Assembly: GCF_004010195.1 (NCBI RefSeq)
Contig: NC_057756.1
Location: 4,247,603-4,311,602 of the forward strand
Source of the DNA: Chiloscyllium plagiosum
Taxonomy: Eukaryota
Length of the DNA: 64,000 bases
Reading direction: 5' to 3'
The notes below the pieces were generated by a model that was not told where the DNA came from, made no database searches, and saw nothing but the letters and a program-made list of their open reading frames with translations. Shown here piece after piece: positions 27,538 to 39,174 of this stretch (positions within the stretch are counted from its first letter, which is position 1; each line of letters begins with the position of its first letter). Made by a program: the position numbers and the translations under genes.

Positions 27538-29239
27538 CCTTTATTCCTGATGAAGGATTTTTGCCCGAAACGTCGATTTCGAAGCTCTTGGATGCTGCCT
27601 AAACTGCTGTGCTCTTCCAGCACCACTAATCCAGAATCTGTTTTCCAGCATCTGCAGTCATTGTTTTTACCTCGTTGTTTTTAACCCGACTGCGAATCCT
27701 CTTGCAAGGATGCCTGCCTTGAAGAAGTTTTGCTCCTCCCTCTACAAGAATCTCAGGAAGTCCCTCTCCCACTGCAACTCCCAGGTCATTTCCTCTGCCC
27801 TGAAGCTCATCAACCATGTCCTGAAACAAACTCGCTACCACAGCCACATTTGCTTCCTCAGTGCATGCCTCCGTAACCAACTCATCCCACACGGACGCCG
27901 GACCACCTTTAAACCAGCAGAGTTCGGACCCGAACAGGACAAACAGTACAGACTACAGATTCAAAAACACCAGCCAACGGTTCTCCATCAAGATCCTCCG
28001 CTCCACGCTTGCAGCAATGCGCCGGCACCTAACATCTCTACAGTCTGCTCTGCCTCAGCTGAGGGCCACACTCTCTCAGAAGGTATTCCTGATGAAGGGC
28101 TTTTGCCCGAAACGTTGATTTTACTGCTCCTCGGATGCTGCCTGAACTGCTGTGCTCTTCCAGCACCACTAATCCTGATACTATTGAACTGTCGTTCCTA
28201 TTATTTCCCCTCCACTATTTAACAAATGTTTTTTGTTTGTCTTTGTGTGTGTAAAGTTTTAAAAGAGGATTATAATTTTAACTAGTGAAACAATTTTTGA
28301 TTGTTCATAACTGTTTACTTGTAGGGGAACACTACCCCTGCTCATGACTCCACCCCCATTCCCCCCACCATCACACCCACTCCAGTTACAGGTTCCACCC
28401 CCACTCCCAGCTCTACACCCACACCAGATCCCAGCTCCCAGCCCTGCCGAATTTTCATCATTCTGCCAGACCTCCCCCTCACTGAGGACGAATGATCAGT
28501 CCTCAGCAAAGGACTCACCTTCATCCCCCTCCATCCACGCATCAATGAATTTAATACATGCCGTGATGTCGAACAATTCTTCCGTCGCCTCCACCTCCGA
28601 GCTTACTTTCACAATCTATACTCCCGCCCACCTTCCGAGGACCCCTTCACCCACCTCCAACACACTGTATCCACCTAGACACACCGCGCTGGCCTATTAC
28701 CTGCCTCAGCCTCTTCATTTCCAACTGCCGCCGGAACATTAACCGCCTCAACCTGTTAACCTCCCTCCCCCACTCCAACCTCTCACCCTCACAATGCGTA
28801 GCCCTCCAATCCCTCATCTTCCGCCTCGGAACACTTCAACCCCGGGCATCAATGTGAAATCCACAGTTTCCTCATTTCCCCTTCCCCCACCTCAACTTGG
28901 TTCTAAACTTCCAGCTCAGCACTGTCCCCATGAATTGTCCAAACGTGTCCTACCTGCCTATCTCCTTTTCCACCGATCCACTCCACCCTCTTCCTCCTTG
29001 ACCTATCACCTTCATCCCCTCCCCCACTCACCCATTGTACTCTATGCTACTTTCTCCCCACGCCCACCCTCCTCTAGCTTATCTCTCTACGCTCCAGGCT
29101 CACTGCCTTTATTCCTGATTAAGGGCTTTTGCTCGAAACGTCGATTTCGAAGCTCCTTGGATGCTGCCTGAACTGCTGTGCTCTTCCAGCACCACTGATC
29201 CAAAATCTGGTTTCCAGCATCTGCAGTCATTATTTTTAT
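27538..29239 (+). mobile_element. Penelope-like element(s), internally deleted, with three direct terminal repeats
   Basis: Terminal repeats at about 27538-27672, 28085-28175, 29106-29239; ORF N-terminus RYHSHICFLSACLRNQLIPHG; VLSKGLTFIP...FFRRLHLRAYF; C-terminus LIFRLGTLQP; outer duplication ctccgagctg at 27528-27537 and 29240-29249. Confidence 0.85.
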
Positions 29240-29240
29240 C

Positions 29241-29790
29241 TCCGAGCTGGCTGGTCACAGGCAGTGCCACAGTGGGTTATTGGTTTTCCTTTTTTTGCAG
29301 GTAAATGACTCTTGAGCTGGCTCACCACCGGACTGGCTGGATGCAGACAAAGTATGCTTGATTCCTGGCTATTGAGCGGGCTGACCACAATCAGTGGCAA
29401 TGGAAGTATTTTTTGTTTGATGTGAACGGCTGTTGAGGTGGCTCGCCACAGCCAGTGGAACGGGCGTTTCTAGCTTCTCAGCTTGTTGGTCACCAGCAGT
29501 GGATGGAGAGGCACTGGCTCTTGAGCTGGCTGACCACAGCCTGTGTACCCTGGGGGCCTGGCTGCTGAGGTGTCTGGCCGCAGCCATTGTACTGTTAGTT
29601 TTTGTTTTTATTGATTTGTGGGGAACTGGCTCTTGACCTGACTGGACACCGAAATTGAGCACCACGTTCCTGTTTGTTGAGCTGACTGGCCACAGGCAGT
29701 GGTACTCAGTTGTTCTTTTAATGAATATGGCTTCTTAGTGCCTTTTGAGGGACAGAATTTAACTAGCTGTCTACGGCCAGTGGCACTGCT
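29241..29790. repeat. Degenerate irregular tandem repeat (core ttgagctggctggccacagNcagtg), about 10 copies
   Basis: Motif copies at about 29241, 29310, 29370, 29430, 29475, 29518, 29563, 29630, 29676, 29761 and one at about 27288. Confidence 0.6.
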
Positions 29791-30333
29791 AGTTTTCCAA
29801 TTTTTATTTGAGAAAAGCGCTTTTAAGTTTGTTGGTTTCAGCCAATGCTATTGGTAGCTTGGAGAGGAAAAGGGGGTGAAATAGACAATTCATCAGTGGA
29901 ACTTATGCGTTGTTCCACGGTCAGTTGTCTGGACAGGACTCCTAACGTGTCTTGTCTCCATATTTTTTACATTGATTGAACCTCTGTGGTATGCATAAAC
30001 TCATTATGCAAGTCGATTGGTCGTTTGAGGACTGGGTCTCATGAGTGGACTGTGTTGACGTGAGTGGACTGGACCTAATGAGGGAACAGAACCGTTGCAT
30101 GCAGTGTATGCATCATGCCGACTGGAGAGGATCCTGCCTTCCAGAGCGAGCCCTGCTGTCAGGGATGGATTTCGGTTTGGAATTGGATTCTCTGCCAGAC
30201 TGCAGACTCTAGAAGTGGCTACTGTGTTTGGGGCAGCCTCTGTTTTGGAGATGATCTCTGTGTTGAAATGGACTCTCTCAGAATTGACTATGTCTTGGAA
30301 AGGACCCGGCGATGGCTGTAAACTCGGTGTCTT

Positions 30334-30799
30334 TTCTCTTTTTTTCCTTTTTTAAACCTCACACTACCGCCTAACTGCGGTAGTGCTTATTTTTTCCCCA
30401 GCACCCATGGTGTGTGTATGCAGGTGTGAGACACAGTGAGAGACACAAAGTGCACGAATCTTTATTTAATTTCCACACCAGGAAGATAGGAAAACACCCG
30501 ACTGGCCAGTGACAAGCAGTGCCCTTCACAAAAGGCAATGCTGTGTGTATGCAGGTGTGAGACACAGTGAGAGACACAAAGTGCACGAATCTTTATTTAA
30601 TTTCCACCACCAGGAAGATAGGAAAACATCCGACTGGCCAGTGACAAGCAGTGCCCTTCACAAAAGGCAATGCTGTGTGATCAAACAGTGAAGGGGAGTG
30701 CAGGGATTAAATCAAAATAGAGTTGGGGGGGAAATAATGCACTCAACTCCCTGCGGCGCCCACCTCTCCCTGAACAACTCCAGGGTGTTGGTGGACACC
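30334..30799 (-). mobile_element. 5'-truncated Tx1 LINE 3' end with target-site duplication
   Basis: Minus peptide VSTNTLELFRERWAPQGVECII; T-rich tail at left; aaactcggt(g/t)tctt at 30320-30333 and 30800-30813; internal 131-bp tandem duplication. Confidence 0.85.
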
Positions 30800-32129
30800 A
30801 AACTCGGTTTCTTCATGATTTGCACTGCACCCATACTGGTGCACTGTGTTGCAACTGTTATGTATTGCTTATGTCGGAATTGAACTGTGTTTTCATATGT
30901 GTATTGCATTTTGTGTGTCCCTGCAGAGACCCAGATTCTTTGAGAGAGGTGGCGTGTGTGTTTCCTTTTGTGCTTACACTTTTGATTGTTTGCTGAGTGC
31001 TGTTTTGATGGACAGTGATCTGCATTTTGTAATACTGTTTCCGTACATTGTTTCCTTTCCTGTTGGTTATAGAGTTTTTGAGGTTTCTTGTTTTTGATAC
31101 ATCATTTCTTTAGTTCATTGATTATGAAATGTTACTGTGTTTCACGTGCATTGTTAATTTATGTAATTTTGAGTGGCATCCAGTTTATTATGTCCAATTA
31201 AATAATGGGTACAATGCTGATGGTATATATGCCTTTGAGCAGTTAATTCACTTAACGAACATAAAGACTGCTGGATAACGTGTTTTTTTTTTATAAGGGG
31301 TTGTGTACTTTTTAGATTCTAGTCTAAAAATAAAAAATAAACAAATGATTCCACAGGTCTTAGTAGAAAAAGAAAATATTGTATATATAGGAATTGTTGC
31401 AATGCCATTAGTTTAGTACAGTGACAAATCCGGGATAGGGCATGATGAAAATGAAACAAAAATGTTGTGAAAGGTGTATATCAATTATGAATAGAAAAAA
31501 GTGCTTTAAAATATTGTGTAAAACTCGAAGAAATAAAATGTTCTGACGGAGGGACATGATCCAAAATCATCCCGTTGATTTCATTCCACTGATGCTACAA
31601 GACCTGCTGAGCTTTCCCAGAAATTGAAACTTTTGTTTCGAAAATAATCTGCTTGTACACTCCGTCACAGAGAGGCAGCATATTTTGAGAGATTTGTACA
31701 AGATATAAAGAACTTTGCTATCTTTTTCAATTGTGGGAAGGTACACAAGAACAGCCTTGTGTTAATGGTCAGGAACAATTATGTTTTGATTATAATGCAG
31801 CGCCCACAGAGTACAATACACAGAGCAAATGGAGTATCACGAATTATGAAATGGTATGTGGAGAAATCCAAGAACGACAGAGAAGTATTCTGTTCATCCA
31901 CAATTGACACATTCCTACAATTGATCTTACATGATGTCATGAATGAAATCCGAGACAGACAAGTTCTTATTACAAACTTTCATTGGCAGAACAATTTTTT
32001 TCGAGTTCATTCTTCGCAGATTAGTTAGAATTTATTTTAATAAATCGGAAAATTTTGGAACGTCAAGAATAATAATTCAACAAAACATTTTGATATGCTG
32101 GAAATAAAGTTTAGAAAACAAAAATCTGA

Positions 32130-33580
32130 ATTCCAATTAGGATTGCATGTTAAGGAAAGAAAATGGAAAACAGTAAAGCATTTCACCAGGTTCCTTAGGG
32201 AAGACTTGTGAGTAACGTTTGATCACATGGAATCCAGGGATGGTTCGACATTTGGATGCAAAATTGATTTGAAGGTAATCTACAGAGGATCGTGGTGAAG
32301 GATTATTTTTTCGGTCTGGAGGCATGTACCAAAGTCGATACTGTAAAGATCATTGATGGGTCCACTGCTTTATGTCATTCATAACAATGATTTGGACCTA
32401 AACACAAGAGAAATGGTTAGTAATTTTGTAGGTGACACTATAATTCGTAGTGCAGTGGCCGATGAAGAAGGGTATCTCAGATTGAACGGGACATAATTTG
32501 ATGTACTGATGGGGTACAAACTGGCAGCTGGAGATTAATTAGAAGAAATGTGAGGGTCTGCACTTTGGAAAGGAAAGCTTTGGCAGGATGTACTCATCAA
32601 ATAGTCGGGGTCTAGGGAATTTTGCTGAATACATAGACATTGGGGTACAGGTTCCGAATTCCTTAAAGGTGGAATCGCATGTGAACTGAGAAATGAAAAA
32701 GACATTTAGCACGCTTGTCTTTATTCATTGGTGCATTGAGTATGTTTCAGCGTTCGAGCTCATTGGTTCGGCATTATTTGACGTATTGCATTCAATTCTG
32801 GTCTCCTCGATAAAAAAAAAGACGTAGCGAAACTTGAAACGGTTCGAAAAACTTTTAAAGATATTGTTGTGGTTGGAGAATGAGTGCTATAGGCCAAGAT
32901 TGAGAATGTTGGGGCATTGTTTACCCTGTATCATCGGAGATTGAGGGGAGTCATTATAAAGGTTTGTAAAATCATATAGGGCGTGCATACATTTAATAGC
33001 CAAGACCTTTTTGAATAGTGAAGACTGCATGGTGGCTCACTGTTTAGCATTGCTGCCTCACAGCACCAAGGTCTCAGATTCGATTCCAGGCTCGGCAACT
33101 GTCTGTGTGGAGTTTGCACATTCTCCCCGTGTCTGCGTGGGTTTCATCAGGGTTTTCCGGTTTCCTCCCACAGTCCAAAGATGTGCGGGTCAGGTGAATT
33201 GGCCATGCTAATTTGCCCATAGTGTTAGGTGCATTAGTCGGAGGGAAATGGGTCGGTGTGGACTGGTTGGGCCGTAGGGTCTGTTTCCACGCTGTAGAGA
33301 ATCTAATCTCCGGAGCAGAGGTTTATGTTGAGCGGAGTCAGATTAAAAGAGAACGTTTGGGACAGTTTCTTTTTATTCTACGCAGAGGGCAGGGTGTTCC
33401 TGAAACAATCTGCCAGGGGGAGTGGTGGTGATTGGTACAAATACTGTAGTTGAAGGCAAATGGTGTGTACACGATTAGGGATGATTTGGATAAATATGGG
33501 CAAAATGCGTCTGGATTAACATAAGTTATCTGGTCTGTCGAAATGAGCTGGACTGAACAGTCTGTTTCTGTGTTGCACAA
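32130..33580 (+). mobile_element. Decayed CR1 LINE RT and 3' end, interrupted by a SINE
   Basis: ctgctttatgtcattcataacaatgatttggac, ttttgtaggtgacacta (degenerate FADDT), tgcattcaattctggtctcc, CR1 tail at about 33545-33580. Confidence 0.75.
33022..33310 (+). mobile_element. HE1-type V-SINE
   Basis: ggtggctcactgtttagcattgctgcctcacagcacc...tgtgtggagtttgcacattctccccgtgtctgcgtgggtttc. Confidence 0.85.
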
Positions 33581-33849
33581 ATCGCTGACAATGATCCGAG
33601 GAATAAAGGTTTCTCAAGTACATAGGGCATCTAATGCTTTGAACCAGACGGATTGTGGTAATATCAAGTAATTGTTTCATTCCATTATTTTGCTTTTGAG
33701 ACTGAAGTTTGAATAAATGTTTCAGACTAATGTACGGCATGGAAGATCACAATCGAAACTCAATTGATTACAGCACATTGCCCACAGTTTTGAATTTTGC
33801 AAATTAATATCATTATGTCGGAAGGGATAGGTGGTTTGAAAGACAATTG

Positions 33850-36110
33850 TTTGGAAATGATACCAGCTACTTGGTTGGATGTACTTAATTTCAGAGGTTT
33901 CGTGAGGACTCTGTAGGAAACAATATTATGGTTTTAGGAGGTGTTTTTCTACCTTTTTTGAAGCAAATTGGTTCAGAAGTGCTTGCCATCTGTTTCAGGC
34001 CAATAAACGAAACAGCTAATGGGGCTTTGTCTACGTTATGTCAATTATTGAGTAATACGAGCATCAGGAATGGGTGGATTCAGGCTCCCACAGAACCAAG
34101 CTTTCAATTTGGCTGTCAGTTGTTGGGGTTTTGAATTTGAGTGTGAACTTTGCCATACCTCTTTCTCTACCAGGGTTTTCTGTTGATAGTCTGTCCTTCT
34201 GGCCTGCAGAAACATTGCATGTGAGAATTTGCCTTTGACAAGACTGTATTTATGGGACGTTGTTACATTGGACCAGTTGCTGTTTAGTCGTTGATTAATG
34301 TATTAATCTGTCAAGTTTTCCAGTAGGTAAATTTATTTCAAATCTTTCTTTAGTTTGCATTTTATCCATATTGTCAGAAATAAAGTGTGTGTTGCTTAAA
34401 ACACGAGTAGTGTAACCAATCGAATTCCACTTGGGAAAACATTCCAAGTTACATTTGTTGAAAATAAGATACAAGTAATGGGCAATATTATCGCCTTGCC
34501 ATATTTCAGGTGCTTTGCACTTGGTAACGCAAAATAGAGGCTCCTGAAACTGAGCAAGGGAAAGATTTAAGAATTGTTGAAAATGGAGTTACCTAAACCT
34601 GAGAGGAAAGTAATTATAATTGTAGCAGTAACGAAGCAGCTGCAATGACCAGGTAAGCAAACAGAATCATTGGGACTTGCGAAATTCCTTTTGCAAATTA
34701 AACAGTTTGCATGTAAAAACGAAACGAATTAGTTGGAGTTGTAATCGAATTTAGAGGAAGAAGAAAAAGAAAACGAAAGGAAGGCCCGAGCAGATTAGAA
34801 GGAGAAAAAGTTGTGTTTTGAAATTCAGAAGTTGGCAATGAAAGAGGAAATTCAACTTAAAATGGCGAAGGTAGAAATTAGGATTCGTGATGACGGCAGT
34901 GATGTAAAGTAAACCCATCACAGTCAAAAGCCTGCTTGGGATCCGTCTGAACATGTCTAAGTGTCACCTAGTTCTAATCTGAAACCTGTCCACACCTCTT
35001 ATGTTTCATTTCATTTCATTTGAGTGACCATGTCGGTAGTTGTATGTAGGGCTGGAAAGGTGCTTGCATCACCACCAGGGGAAATATCGTACAACGTTTT
35101 AAGAGGTGTTGTACAACGTTTTAAGAATCACAAAATGGAAATGGTCAACTGTGCACAAGGATCAAACACAATAGCATTGATGTGTAGTGCGGGTATTTAA
35201 AATAGCACAGGTGGAGACCAGGAATTCAATTTGTGTATAAGCAAGATCTCACGTGGAGGAATAGAAAGTTGAAACTTCAAGATTAGCAGCAGAAATTGCA
35301 GTTAATTATGAGTTAATTCATAATTCAATATTTGAATATCTACATCAATTTCAAACTCTAAGGAAGACACATTGCAGACGAGAGAATCAAAAGATTCCAA
35401 ATTTCAAGGGGATCACCTTGAAGGTAGTAAAGATAGTTTGCCACAAGTTTAACAAAGCAACACATGAGGCTGGAAGGGAAGTGACAATGAAAAACCTCAG
35501 ATGTTTTCCCTTTAATAAAGAAGGATACATGAAGTTGCAATGTTGGCGGTTTCAAAAAAGGTTGTTGGGAATACAGAATTGTTAAAAAAATAAAATCCAG
35601 TGTGATTTATGAAACTGGTAAAGAAGATACCAATGGAAAGTTAAAACAAAACTGCAAAAGAATATAGAGCCAGGTCAGGAAGTTGTCAATAAGTAAGCAT
35701 CAGACCTGTTTAGATACTTTACATGGATTGGGAAGGTTTACTCATGTGTCCGAGGAGGAGTACAAAAAGAAATTAAAAATTTAAGAGGGACAGTATCAAG
35801 CCCATCTTTGATGGTGAGACATGAGGAGGAATACACGTTTGGACGTGTATCGCTAAAAAAAAGCAACAATGTGATTGTATGTGTAAAGTTTCATTAGAAG
35901 AATACTTTTTCGATGAGTGAAATCAGGTTGGAGAGTCCAGGGAAAAGTGATTGTCGAAGTAAAAGATAAAGTCTCTGTTCTGAAGATGCCATTTACCTTG
36001 GGGGATTGTACATCTGCATTACAAGAAAGGGACACGTAGTTCTTGATGAAAGAAAACAAATGGAAATTCAGGTAATTGACATGTTACAGGAAGTTTTTTA
36101 AAAAAGATTC
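33850..36110 (+). mobile_element. Decayed Gypsy-type LTR retrotransposon 5' part (LTR, gag, protease)
   Basis: Degenerate primer-binding site aaatagaggctcc at about 34532; K/E-rich gag; zinc-knuckle remnant RCFPFNKEGYMKLQCW (about 35500); protease-like NLRGTVSSPSL (about 35780). Confidence 0.6.
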
Positions 36111-36139
36111 TGGTAAAAGCTTAAATGCACATAAGATGG

Positions 36140-38026
36140 CTTTCTGATAGTCATAGAAAGACCTCATAAGCTCTACCTTATACCAAGCAAAAAATCAACT
36201 AAACCCACATGGTCACCAGCCACTTCATTTGCTTAGCAGATTTCTCAAATGAAATTTTAAAAAGGCCCCTATACCTTTAGCCTCGAATTTAGGCATTTTT
36301 TGAACATATTTGAGCAGATCCCCACCAGCCCTTTGTCTACAACAGTCGTCGTTATTACCCTCCTCAGTCATCCTACCTTCGAACTTCATTGCTACTCTTT
36401 TAAGTCAACTCTTCTCTCACATGGCAACTTCTAAAGTTCAAATGTTCTCCGTTGCTCTCTTTCTTCTGCTTTGGCCTTTCTCTCCTTTTTTTTCTTCTGC
36501 TTTGAATCTAAATTCAAACTGTTTCATTTCATTATTTTTTTTCGCCTTTTTTATTGGGCACTGGTTATTCTTTCATTTCGTTTTACCTCTAGTAGAAGCT
36601 GCTCCATTTGTAAGTTAATCGAAGCAATTACCAAAGATTCCGATGGTGTTTCTGGTAAAGTCAAATGCCAGGATTTTGCTGAGGTTATGCCTCCTTTATT
36701 CACAAAAACAAGCAAGCCCAACTATAGTCTTCCTAACAATTCCAACAGCTTTGACTTTCTCACGTCTTGTAAAACTACTGAAGTCACATTTTCCATGCAC
36801 AGTAAACTCTTAGAGACATAGAACATATAGAACATAGAAGAATAAAGCGCAGTACAGGCTCTTCGGCCCTCGAAGTTGCGCCGATCCAAGCCCACCTAAC
36901 CTACACTAGCCCACTATCCTCCATATGCCTATCCAATGCCCTCTTAAATGCCCATAACGAGGGAGAGTCCACCACTGCGACTGGCAGGGCATTCCATGAA
37001 CTCACGACTCGCTGAGTAAAGAACCTACCCCTAACATCTGTCCTATACCTACCCCCCCTTAATTTAAAGCTATGCCCCCTCGTAATAGCTGACTCCATAC
37101 GTGGAAAAAGATTCTCACTGTCGACCCTATCAAAACCCCTAATCATCTTATACACCTCTATCAAGTCACCCCTAAACCTTCTTTTCTCCAATGAAAACAA
37201 CCCCAAGTGCCTCAGCCTTTCCTCATACGATCTTTCTACCATACCAGGCAACATCCTGGTAAACCTCCTCTGCACCCGTTCCAGTGCCTCCACATCCTTC
37301 CTTGCAACGCAAGGCACAAACCAATTTAGCAAAGCGAATTCAACACATGAAACAAAAGACACTAACACTCACCACTCGCTGACTCTGAGTCCAATGATCC
37401 AAACCCCAGTTTGGAATTATAGGTTTCGATCCGACAAAGAGCCCCTAATTGTTCTCGGCCTGACCAGACCCCTTCAAAGTATTTAAAGCAGGTAATCTGG
37501 ACTCTATCTGTCTCTCATTTTAAAGATTGATGTGAAGTGCGTATTCCAGATGTGAAGTGACTGGTAAACCTAAGCGACATTAATAAGACCAGAATCTATT
37601 TGGAAAACATAACCAAAAATTCATTCACTACCTATTTCTAATTAACTGTTCCAATATTGCAACAATCAACAAACGTACCCCACAGCATAAAAGCAAATCC
37701 AGACACAGATTAGTAAATGCAGTTCTACAATCAAGAAGGACACAAAATCAAGAGAGCCCCCAGAGAAAGTAGCAGCTACGAATCATTCACTGAAGCCTCC
37801 AACTCTTTGGAGACTCAAAACTGCTTCTGACTCGCTGAAAAATAATACTACACAAGAGTCATGATCTATCAGGGCTGGCCGCACGTCTTCACGCTATTAA
37901 CAAAAATCACAAGGCCTCGTAGACTGGCTACTTAAGCCGTTTTCCGTGGTTTTTTTCTTTAACTCTGCCTTTACAACCTCCCCTCCAAAAAAAAATTGAC
38001 ACAATAACCTTTTTGAAGTGACAACA
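36140..38026 (-). mobile_element. Decayed Gypsy-type LTR plus gag fragment, opposite orientation
   Basis: LTR about 37450-38026 with TG...CA ends on the minus strand; adjacent taggggctctttgtcggat resembles the tRNA-Pro primer-binding site TGGGGGCTCGTCCGGGAT; gag-like VRKSKLLELLGRL. Confidence 0.6.
36815..37300 (-). mobile_element. Young 5'-truncated CR1 LINE
   Basis: Open frame RKDVEALERVQRRFTRMLPGM...RGRFFTQRVVSSWNALP...FKRALDRHME; (catagaa)n-type tail. Confidence 0.95.
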
Positions 38027-38987
38027 TCTTTATAAATAAAATTCATACCCTAAATTCTTACCTTAAAACCATCTTACAAACGACATGGTCTTGCAGATGC
38101 AAACAGAATACTCTATCTGCACGTTATTGATTTATTAGTACATTAACGTTATCATGATTCGCAGAGTGGACTTGTGACATACTCACAAGTTATCCCAGTA
38201 AACACTTATTCCTGCTTCTTGAGCAAATATGGTGGTTCTACATTAAATTCTTTCGTAGAAAACTTTAATATATTCATAATATGCTTCACCGCATTTGGCA
38301 TATATTTAGGTCGCACAAACGTATTTGCATTTGTAATCGGAATTAGACCAGATATATCAAGTCTCTACATTCTGTTCATTAGGCATTGTCGATGTTAATA
38401 GATTACATGCAACACTGTGAACTGTAACACTATTTAGCATTGTTAAACGCAACAACATACCAAATACAATTTATAAATCCAAATACGGAATCAACTGGTT
38501 CCAATTTATCGATCCTGCTTCGTAGATCACCTGATGATTCGAACACAACTGTCAAATGCCAGGATAGATCACGCATCTCTGAAAGAAAATCTGTGATTGC
38601 ACCCTTTTCTTGGATTACAACATACTGTCAATGCAGATGTTTAATTATCTGTGCAATTTCAGCTCTTGTCTCCTCACTTCCTTTTCGAAAACATGCACTA
38701 CATTAGCAATGTTTTCCATTCGCTGAGCTATAACCAGGACAGAAGGATTCCGAGACAATCCCTCCTTTTGTATTCAGTTTCTCTGAATATCTTCAAACTC
38801 AACTGCTCACCTCCAATGAAGTGAACTTTCTAGAGCTTCTTTCGTTTGCAGCTTTTTTTTTGGTTTTGGTGATTATAACTGCTTAGATTCCCTTCTTCCC
38901 ACGTCCTTGTACCAAAAATCGTCTTGATTATTTCGTAATTTTGGCATGCTATTGATATTTCCACCTTGAAAGTTTGTACAAAAACGT

Positions 38988-39012
38988 TCTCTCTCTCTCT
39001 CTCTCTCTCTCT
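38988..39012. repeat. (TC)n microsatellite
   Basis: Seen directly. Confidence 0.9.
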
Positions 39013-39118
39013 GAAAGGACATTGCTATTTCCTGTTTTAACTTTAGTTAAACTATTGCATCGTTCTCTGAGCGGTGTACGATAACTTATGAAAATAATGG
39101 CATTAGATTTAGGGAAAC

Positions 39119-39174
39119 ATGCATATGCATATATTGAAATATCTATGAAGATATTTCAATATATGCATATGCAT
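39119..39174. repeat. Perfect 26-bp inverted repeat with 4-nt spacer
   Basis: atgcatatgcatatattgaaatatct-atga-agatatttcaatatatgcatatgcat. Confidence 0.9.

Noticed and set aside
27710..28222. 170-aa ORF
   Set aside because: Penelope ORF N-terminus running out of frame into a terminal repeat; not a host gene
29241..29790. Repeat-spacer pattern superficially like a CRISPR array
   Set aside because: Vertebrate context, highly degenerate repeats, irregular low-complexity spacers, no cas genes
30282..30317. 36-nt AG/GT segment encoding ELTMSWKGPGDG
   Set aside because: Ends in T with a weak donor, not coiled-coil-like, in repeat-like DNA
36901..37368. 155-aa ORF
   Set aside because: C-terminus of CR1 ORF2 from a truncated insertion
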